Source: Magallana gigas
Taxonomy: Eukaryota
Direction of reading: 5' to 3'
DNA: 64,000 nt
Assembly: GCF_963853765.1 (NCBI RefSeq)
Contig: NC_088853.1
Location: 16,678,001 to 16,742,000 of the forward strand
The first letter of the stretch is position 1. The number at the start of each line of letters is the position of its first letter. A program made the position numbers and the translations under genes. Under the pieces are notes generated by a model that did no database searches, had not been told where the DNA came from, and saw only the letters and a list, made by a program, of their open reading frames with translations. This document shows, piece by piece, positions 1 through 10,752 of the stretch.

Positions 1-1414
1 GTTCGTGCCGTCAGAAATTAACAGGTCTATAGATCGCCTTGTCGGTTAATTATGCAAATGCCAGCTTGGCTTCTCTGCACTCATATGTTGTACAGTTTCC
101 AATTTTAAAAAGCAATCGCATGTCTGATGAGTTTTAAACCGTATGCTATTAGTGATTTTCACTGTTATGAACTGCAATTTTTCATGTCGGAAATTGTCAT
201 TATAGTCATAGAATTGTAATTAACATCTTAAATGACCAATAAATTGTGGTTTACAATTTTTTTTAGTCATCTAATTGGTTCTTAACAGGCTTCGGTTTGT
301 GTATATTTATATTACTGTCCTTCTGTAAAAAAAAAAAAATAGGTTTGCTATATGTTTCATTGTACAGAAAAATTTTATAGCATACAAAATAACGATTTGG
401 GTTATTTTTCTTATTGAAAATAAGAATTTTAGTTACACGAATAAAATTATCACAATTTGGAAGTTTTAGCAGAAAAATAAAAATCTCAAAATATACAGCA
501 CATATAGCGTAAACAATAATGTCTGTAAAATGACTTTTATTACATGTATTAATAAAAAGATAATCATAAAATTAATGATGTTCTCCCCTATACACTAAGT
601 TAGTCAATACTCTCCTATTAAAGTCCAAAAGGATTTTAAAATCGGTCATATTCTCTTTAGGAAATACGTACATGCAAATCTGTAGAACAAAAATTAAGTT
701 AAATTTGAGCCAATGGTCTAAAATAAAGATAATATACGTTTGATTTTTAGGAAGTCAGAAGGATACAATTTGATTTTTAAAAATAAAAACCATATCATTT
801 TCTTTTATTATTCATGTTAATGGATGAAGTTTAACAAATGGTTAGAATGTAGCATTTAAACACTTCAGGCTTAAAAAAAAATTGTGTGTTTAGGGTAACC
901 CGACCTAACTAAACTACATAAATGCCCCGATCCTACCATTAGATGTTTGTTTTTATCCGATTGTGATTTTCTTATTATTTCCATTAAAAAACATTTTTTT
1001 AAATATGACATATTCTTAGGATTTTATATTTGTATTTGTGCCCACATGCAGAAAAAAATATATGAAATAAAAACCATACCTACCTATAACCTTAGTCTAT
1101 CATCAGTGCGTGAATTCAACAAACATTTACTAGTATTTCTGTATATTTCTATTGACAGATCAATTATGTTTTCATAATTTCGTCACATAAGAACATAGCA
1201 CTTAGAATTAACGCATTCTCAACCACATTCTTATAATTTATTCCATTTCATAAGTAAATTTTTCAAATTATTCATTCTTGTTTGATAATAAAGAAAGACC
1301 CTGTATGATTTCGATTTTAGTTAAATGATTGAAACTAATTATATTTTTCATTAAAAAAAAGCAGTGACTCATGTATATTTACTAGCATACTTTTATCTTC
1401 ATCTTGATTTGTAG

Positions 1415-2157
1415 GACAAAGGCCTATTGAGATAGCAGAAAAACTCGAAAGCAAAGATATTTTTAATTTGTTGGCATCATATCAAAACCAAACCAAGCGA
1501 GGAGAATCCCCAAGGAAGAAATTCGTACTTCCGCCTGCCTTCTCGCCTCAAAACGAGACTGCTTTAAGAATGGCTGCCAATAAAAATACTTCCATGAGCG
1601 ATGTGGACAAATTAACACCGCGGTCCACATATATTGATGACGAAACACCCAATCTGTATCTGACGTCATCAAAATTGAGTAGAAAGAAGCATAGAAGGTC
1701 GATTGATAGTTTAAGTGTAGAGACTTCGCTTCTTCCAGCGATAAAACCTACAAGTAAAAAGTGTGCGCAAATAGGAACGCCAAGGGACCATAAAGACAAA
1801 CTGAGCGTAGACTCAAAACAAAGGGAAAGGCGGAACTCTATTTCACTTCCGGATCTTCGGGATTCCCCTGGAGGTTTAGTGGCATCCGGCGGAAATAGTC
1901 CTTATGGGAACGACGATGATTATTCGTCAGACTCAGATTTTAGTGATGACGCTATTGTTGATCTCTGTTCGCTTGACAAACCAATGGACCGGGTAGTCAA
2001 ACGGAGCGCATCCGAGAAACATATTGGGTTTCCAAGCATCAATAAAGGCAAAGAGGGTACGAAAGTGAAAAGAACTCTAACGGAGGGAAGTGTGTATAGC
2101 AACAGTGACAGCAAACTAAACAGACTTAAACTGCTTCAGAAGAGCGTTTTAAGTTAG
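1415..2157 (+). CDS. Terminal coding exon of a host gene whose upstream exons are not identified. It ends a probable ankyrin repeat and continues into a Ser/Lys/Asp-rich disordered tail.
   Basis: Acceptor tttgtag|gac at 1414/1415 extends the 1468-2157 ORF upstream in frame: (G)QRPIEIAEKLESKDIFNLLASY, resembling the ankyrin G-x-TPL-x2-A...I-x2-LL pattern. Stop TAG at 2155-2157. Confidence 0.6.
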
Positions 2158-3014
2158 GTTTAAACCGGGAACGGTTGTTGCTGACTAAACTTTGAAACCT
2201 GAAAGCTTTGAATGGATAAACCATTTGTAAATACATGTTTATGTAATTTTTGTAAATGTTTAATTTAATTTATTACTTTTGTATGGAAAAAAGAATGTTA
2301 AAACTTGATCCCGAATTTTTTTTTCACTAAAAAAGCATGTTGATATTCTAACAATAGCGCAGTGTATGCTAAATTTCAGACCTAAACCTGTTTCATTTGA
2401 AGTAAAACATACATTTTCGGTGTTGCGTTTAACACTAGTACGCTTATCAAATAACATCAAGTTAAGCCATGCAACCAAAACTCTTCTATTGCGTTTTCAA
2501 CGCTTAATATTTCTCAACATTGTTCTAAACATTGTTCTGAGTTATTTTTCTTCGATTTCGAATTCTTAAAGATAGATGCATTAAAACCTGTTTAAAACAT
2601 TGTATGCAGAGCTATAATTATTATAGTATAAACTTTAATGGCTTAATTATGGCCAATGCGGAAGTTCCGTAGAAAAATTCATGTTTCGAAAAATCGTGAT
2701 AATTTCTCGTTTGCGTCTAAACTGTCAAAATTCATGACTTCCTAAAGGGCTTTCATATCGTTTAACTTAGTTAAAGTACATGTATTAATTCACTCTACCA
2801 AATGTCTTTAAATAGTTGACAAAAATCATCACTTGAATATGTACTAGTAATACTTTTAAGTTTACAAAAACAAAACCGCTCGTTTTGGTTGTTGCACCAT
2901 TAAAAAATCATACGAATTAATTCAATTAACGTCTCTAATGATTTTGCACTTGATTTGATTTCTTATTTTAACTAGATTAATCAAACAAATACCCCCATTT
3001 GTTCAAATCTGTTT

Positions 3015-3173
3015 NNNNNNNNNNNNNNNNNNNNNNNNNNNNNNNNNNNNNNNNNNNNNNNNNNNNNNNNNNNNNNNNNNNNNNNNNNNNNNNNNNNNNN
3101 NNNNNNNNNNNNNNNNNNNNNNNNNNNNNNNNNNNNNNNNNNNNNNNNNNNNNNNNNNNNNNNNNNNNNNNNN
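3015..3173. other. Assembly gap (N run)
   Basis: Run of N. Confidence 1.
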
Positions 3174-3455
3174 TATGCATGTTAATGAAAATAACAAATA
3201 TATCTAGACAATTATGATACTATAAAATAATCGTAATTAACTGTATATACAATCAATGCGTATGGAAGCCTTCACTAATGAAACACAACAGACTATTTTA
3301 TATTTGAATATAGTGTATCGTCAGTTCCACATGTACATGTATTTTCAAACGGTAAAAAAAAATAAAACAAAAACACAACGCCGTGAAAACAATTTCCTGC
3401 AGGAAAGTTAACTAGGGAGGCAAACATTACAGCGAAGCCTGCGTCACTTCCGGTT

Positions 3456-6400
3456 TTATTCAGAGGAGCACCTGTTGCAGTACCGTTTACAGGCTAGAAA
3501 GACGAAGTTGGCGTAGTCGTGATTCGTGCAAAAACCGTCCTCATATTCGTCGCAGTTTGGTATCGTATCCTTACATCCCACTGCAAAAAAGTTGGCTGTT
3601 CAAAGTATATGTATATTGCTCTAATTTCAAAATACAATTTATGAGTAGTGTAAAAACCAGAGTTCTACGCCAGATGTTTTACTATAGGCTCCTCAAGGCT
3701 CCTCTGAGGAGCCAATGACGTCATCCATAACCATAGCAACACATACTATTGATAACGGTGGAAGGTGGGAAATCCCATGATGTCATAGGCATTGAAGATC
3801 AAAGGGAATTTATAGGGGGGGGGGGGGCTAAACAAAAGAGCTATTATATTCAACAACAATAGGAAGAGTAAAATTAGTTGGCAATTGATAACGGTGGAAG
3901 GTGGGAAATCCCATGATGTCATAGGCATTGAAGATCAAAGGGAATTTATAGGGGGGCTAAACAAAAGAGCTATTATATTCGACAACAATAGGAAAAGTAA
4001 AATTAGTTGGCATTGATAACGGTAGAGGGTGGGAAATCCCATGATGTCATATGTATTGAAGATCAAAGGGAATTTATAGGGGGGCTAAGCAATAGAGCTA
4101 TTATATTCAACAACAATAGGAAGAGTAAAATTAGTTGGCATTGATAACGGTAAGGATGGGAAATCCCATGATGTCATTGATATTGAAGATCAAAGGGAAT
4201 TTATAGGGGGCTTAACAATAAAGCTATTAGTTTGCATTGATAATGGTAGAGGGTGGAAAATCCCATGATGTCATAGGTATTGAAGATCAAAGGGAATCTA
4301 TAGGGGGGGCTAGACAATAGAGCTATTATACTCGACAGTAATAGAACGATCTGAAATTAGTTGGCAATAGATCTATTGTCATCTATAGAGTCACAAAACT
4401 CCCTTGGAGGGATCGAAGGGTGTCATAAGACACCGATCTATCATCATCGGTTCTTGAGGGTGGGTATACAATAGACCTATTATTCCTATAATCAAAAGGG
4501 GGCAATAGTTACATTAAAAAGAGTTAAAGGTACGTTAGTCATGCAATACATTATACGGGTAATGACATATTTGAAACGAATGAGTAAACATGGGTCATTT
4601 AAACCCTCGTTTAACAAGAGATTTAAAGGTAGCTTTATTCATCCGAGACATCATACAGGTAAGGACATGTTTGAATCGAATGAGTAAACACGGGTCTTCA
4701 ACCCCTCGTTTTACAAGAGAGGATAACACAAAATCTCATATTTTCCCATCAGTTTTCTGTAGGGTTTTCTTTCGTTGAAGAGATCGAAAAAATACACATG
4801 AGGCATCAAAATTCCTTGGCTGTCTGATGAAGAAGTAGTAAGATCAATCAAGCACACTAAGTTCGCTATTTAATTTAGGAATACATAAGAAATATCGTAT
4901 TGGGTCTTGACAGGTAAACTCAAACATAGGTGTAATATTCTAAATAACCATAGATATGGATCTGTGTCATATAACTTGCAGACTCCATCACTCCTAAAAA
5001 AAAAAAGTCGTATCGTTTCCATTACTATGGTCTTACATCATCTGATTGAATGAATCTCAATACACTCTTGGAATGCTAATGATGTAGCGACTTTTGTTGT
5101 TATTAACCTACCTGTTATATAAGGACTCCACTGGAATAAAGCTTGTAACAAGGCTTTCATGGGCTATCCTTAGGTAATAACTTTTATTAGTATGTCATGT
5201 AATCTATGGAATAAAAGTATTGAACAAATTGATTCTTATGAACTTATATAGTGCTGTGATAATATCTGGGTTTTTTTTTTTAATTTGATGTATTTTTATA
5301 TGTAATCATGACATTCTGTGATATATTTACCTGAATAAAATGAAATGAAATAGTTACCTAGATTTTAAACACCCTCATTGACTCGGAATTTCCGGGTCCA
5401 TTAATTTATTCCATTGACACCATGATTTGACAATTTTACAGTTCTCTGGGAACAATACCCTGGAACGGATTTTCCGACTATTTTTAGGCCTTTCTATTGT
5501 CGTTCAGTACAATAGCTCTACTGTTTACTCCCCCTATAGATTCTTTTTGATCTTCAATCTATCGATAAAGATCTTTAAATAAATGGTTTATAATTTACAA
5601 TCGGAAAATTGCTTATCCGAACCAATCAGACAACTTGTTTATATAATATCACCATGGAGATATTTTTCTTGTATAAATTAATGAGATCTACAGTGTTAAA
5701 TCAGTTGCATCATAGTTGCGGAAGAAGTAACACCGTAGAGTTTCAAAGAAGTTCATATTGTGTTTCCGTTGGATTTGGATAATATATCTGTATAAGGTAG
5801 GATTTTGTTTTTAATTATATACATATTATATTTCATTTTTTTTTTTTACATAATTAAAATGAGCATTCTAAAACAATCACTTAATCGTTGTGTCATTTGA
5901 GGTATTATAAAATCTTGAACAGTTTGTTTAACGTTTGGGGGTTTTTTTCCAGATGAGTGGTTGAACAGTGTTGTCATTCTTACTGTAGAAATAGGTTTCA
6001 GTCGTAAATTTAAAGGCCCCGATCCTCATTTAACGAATGAGTAACCAATTTTACAACGTAAACAAACTGTGGTTGATATTACTTGTATACATACCTTCAA
6101 ATACATAAAATGTGTTAGATTAAAAGGGATTTTTTAATGATAATTAATTTCATGTATTTTCATATTTTACAGACAACATCATGCCTGTTTCTCAGTTTAC
6201 CTGTGAAGATTGTGGCAAAAGCTTCACACGTCAATCGAATTTACATCGACATCGAAGAACTACCCACCATGTAGACACTTTCAGCTGTTCTACCTGTGGG
6301 AGGCGTTTCAACAGAAGGGATAATTATCTACGCCATACAAGGAATCATATTAGAATTCCAGATCAAGGATCTCCACCGATAGTTGGTTCTGAACTATTAA

Positions 6401-9400
6401 CCGACTCACAAATCCAAGAAAGCATCCAAAAAGAAAATGTGTGCCCCAACTTTCAAAATCAAGTGGGGAGTGGCATACCACCAAATGACCCTCAAGGTAA
6501 GTACTTAAACGTTTTTTTTTTTTGTTTTTTTATGCATATCAAATTGCTCTCACCTATTTTTTGAATATATGAGTGATATGCATATTGAATAAAAACGGAA
6601 ACGGGCTTTTATTTTCACAGGTTCTCAATTTGGTGATACAAGAAATGATAGAGAAGACTGCATCACTTCAGAAGAAGCTATTCATGGGAACCTGAAAAAG
6701 ATATCCATATCGGCTGACGATCAAACCAAATATGACCCTTTGACATTTCTCAAATCGAAAGAAGAGAAAGTGAGATCTGTCCTGCAGAACGAACGCACCA
6801 AACGAAAAAGAATGAAGTTTTACCTCACCTTACAAGTGCGTTTCACCAAGACCAGAGGGGATCAAGTGGAAGTTGCAGAGCCTCACTTCCACGGACGCTG
6901 CCACATAGTATTAAACAATCAAGACATCGAGCATGCTCTGAGGGAAAGTATTATGAAGATTGTGAACTCTTTCATTGAATATCAAAGAGAAGGGAGTAAC
7001 TGGGCGCTGGACAAAGTCCTCGGAGTGAGCATTCATGTAGTCCAGTACAACCCGATCAAAGGTTCCAGTTACCTTCCGTTACCAGCTAAACTCGCCAGCA
7101 AGAAAGCCATCATCAATGTCCAGAATACCGATCAAAAGTGCTTCATGTGGTCGGTGTTGGCTGCTCTTCATCCTACAACGGGGCATCATGGGCATCCAAA
7201 TAGGCTGAACAACTACATTGCTTTTCAAGAAGAATTGGATTTTACCGACATGACCTTTCCCGTCCGCGTGTCTGATATCCCAAAATTTGAACAAAAGAAT
7301 GGATTATCCATCAATGTTTTCGGCTACGATAAGAATGAAGTCTACCCTCTCCATCTCACCAGAGAGAGAGGGTTAAAACATGTTGATCTTCTCGTCCTTG
7401 ACAGAGGAGATAATTCACATTACTGTTGGATCAAAAATTTCAACAGACTCATGGGAGACCAGAATGGAGATAATAATCAGTATCATTACTGTTACTATTG
7501 TCTCCATGGATTCACCAAAAAGAAACTCTTAGAAAAACACCTACCTTACTGTCAGGTCCATGGCGCCCAGAGGACCGAGATGCCGAGTGAGGAAGAGAAA
7601 TGGCTAAAGTTCTCCGACGTCTCCAAGCAACTCAGAGTGCCGTTTGTAGTGTACGCAGATTTCGAATGCATCTTAGAGAGGCAATACGGATGCCAACCGG
7701 ACCCTAGCAAGTCGTCCACCATTAAGCTAGCGAAGCATGCACCCTCCGGATTTACATATAAAGTCGTAGGACTTTCACCAGAGACCACAGAAAATCATGT
7801 GACCTATCGTGGCCACGAGGCCGTTGACGTGTTCGTCGACCATATGATCAAACTCGAGGGGCGCCTTTTGAACATATTGCGCAATCCCAAACCCATGGAT
7901 TTGTCCGAGGAAGAGACAAAAGCTTTACGGGAAGCGACTTTATGTCACATCTGCCACGGAAAACTAAGGAACGATACCGTTCGTGATCACTGTCATGTGA
8001 CGGGAAAATTTCGTGGTGCAGCTCATAGTTCCTGTAATCTGAATTATCGGTTACGTGAGCGAATTCCCGTATTCTTTCACAACCTCAAAGGCTACGACGC
8101 TCACCACATTATGAATGCCATCGGCAAGTTTAAACATAAAAAGATTAACTGCATCCCCCAGAACCACGAGAAGTATATTTCGTTTTCGTTGGGCAGGCTA
8201 GATTTCGTGGATACGTTTCAATTCATGTCTGCCTCTCTAGACAAACTTTCCACCAATCTAGCCAAAGAGGGCATCCATAAATTTCCTCATCTCAAAGGTT
8301 ACGTCGCATCCATCCATCCCGAAAACCAGCAGACCAAGCTCCAACTTCTCAGAAGAAAGGGCGTGTATCCTTACCGTTACATGAACTCCGTCAAGCGATT
8401 TGAAGAGACGTCACTGCCACCACAACAGGCTTTCTACAATGATTTAGATGGCAAAGCCGTGTCCGACCAGGATTACTTACATGCACAGCGGGTTTGGGAT
8501 GTCTTTAACATTCAAAATCTAGGACAGTATCACGATCTGTACATGGAGACAGACGTTCACCTGTTAGCAGACGTGTTTGAGAATTTTCGTGACCTTTGCA
8601 TTGACATGTATGGTCTCGATGCGGCTCATTTTTATACGGGTCCAGGACTGGCTTGGCAGGCTGCCTTAAAGATGACAGGGGTTGAACTAGAGTTGTTGAC
8701 CGACCCGGATATGCATCTGTTTGTGGAAAAGGGGCTCAGAGGAGGCATAGCCATGATTTCAAAAAGGTATGCGAAAGCAAACAACCCCTATCTCAATGAC
8801 TATGATCCAAGGCAACCCTCAAACTATTTGATGTATTTAGATGCCAACAATCTGTACGGGTGGGCCATGTGTCAGCCACTGCCCACTCATGATTTTTGTT
8901 GGCTGACGACTAAAGAAAGAGAGACTCTCGACATAAATGCCATCCTCCATGAGGGAGACACTGGTTACGTTTTTGAAGTCGATCTAGACTATCCCTTGGC
9001 ATTGCACGACAGCCATAGCGACTATCCTTTAGCTCCCGAATCCTTCAAAATTGAGCCTGCGATGCTTTCGAGTTATCAGAAAGATCTTTTGACCAAGCTT
9101 GGAATGAAGGAAGGTTCTTGTACCAAGCTAGTCCCCAATCTTTTTGATAAGAAGAATTATGTCGTTCACTATCGGAATTTGCAACTCTACCTCGCGCTGG
9201 GGATGAGGCTTACTAAAATTCACCAGGTACTGTCTTTCAAGCAGAGTCCCTGGCTAAAAGCCTACATCGATTTCAATACGAGCAAGCGAAAAGTTGCAAA
9301 AAACGAGTTTGAAAAAGATTTTTTCAAACTCATGAATAATAGTGTGTTCGGCAAAACCATGGAAAATCTGCGAAAAAGAGTGGACATTCAACTCGTTCAC

Positions 9401-10621
9401 CACCAGAAAAGGCTTTCAAAGCTCTCGGCCAAACCTGGATTTAAATCCTTCAAGATCTTCAATGAAGATCTGGCCTCTGTGGAACTAACCAAATCAAAAT
9501 TGGTTCTAAATCGACCCATTTACGTGGGATTTTCCATTCTGGAACTTTCCAAGGTATTGATGTATGAATTTCATTACAACTACATCAAGAAAAGGTATGG
9601 TGGGCGTGCAGCTCTCTGTTTCACAGATACGGACTCTTTATGTTACGACATATCTACCGAGGATGTGTATGTCGACATGAAGGAAGACCACCATTGTTTT
9701 GATTTTAGTGATTACCCAGACACCCATTTTCTTCATAGTAATCAAAATAAGAAAGTACTCGGGAAAATGAAGGATGAATGTCAAGGTCATGTCATGCGAG
9801 AATTTGTTGGCCTTAAACCCAAAATGTACAGTTTTGTTTACGAAACTCAAAACAAGAATGAAAACGTTTGTCAAGAAGAAAAGAAAAGAGCTAAAGGAGT
9901 GAGTAAGGTGGTCGTGCAATCAAACATACAACACGAGAACTATAGACAGTGTCTATTGAACAGAGAGTTTCAGATGGAGTCGATGGTGACGTTTAGATCC
10001 TTTAATCATCAAATATTCACCATCGTTCTAAACAAAACCAGCCTGAGCCCCTTTGACGACAAAAGGCATATTCTAGAGGATGGTATTCACACCTTAGCTC
10101 ACGGTCATTGTAAGACATCTCCTGTATAATGAAGATGTCTATTATCATGTATATCTTGTAAAATATGTGTTATTGCTATACTTATTGTAATGCTGAATAG
10201 TGAATAAATGAATGAAAAAAAATATTGTCGTTGAATCTTAGTTAAGGACTCCGGGGGGCCCCCGCGGATCCTAAGGTTTCCGGATCATTAGGTTTCCGGA
10301 TCCTTAGTATTCGGAGCTTAAAGGTGTCCGGTGATCTTTGATGCCGGAATCGGAAGTTACCGGAAACTTTAACCTAATTGGTTGCTATAAAAAGTGTAAT
10401 GGACCAATCACCGACGAGATCTCGTCTATAAAACTGGACCTTCCGGTCACGTATGCCATTATGCGAGAGGACGCTAAAGGACCAACATGTATTCTTGCAA
10501 TCATTGTTCGAACGCTTACGTCTGGCCACACGACCTGAACCGTCATGTAAAACACAAACACATAGAATGTCAGCAGCGGCAGCAACAACAACAACAGCAG
10601 CAGCGACACCATCCACTACAG

Positions 10622-10653
<32 letters not shown>

Positions 10654-10720
10654 CCAACTACAGCAGCAGCACCAACTACAGCAGCAGCATCAACTACAGC
10701 AGCAGCACCAACAACAACAG

Positions 10721-10752
<32 letters not shown>

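Noticed and set aside
2977-3217. ORFs spanning the N gap (likewise 15551-16054 and neighbours)
   Set aside because: Artefacts of N translation. Only the ShKT exon 15747-15619 is supported.
3748-4367. ~128-bp TIR repeats as a CRISPR array or as coding ORFs (3746-3928, 14713-15018)
   Set aside because: Contiguous minisatellite with no spacers. The short ORFs are by-products mirrored in both TIRs.
6740-6742. TTG start of the 1129-aa polymerase ORF
   Set aside because: The frame is open back to the acceptor at 6621 and splices to the ATG exon at 6181.
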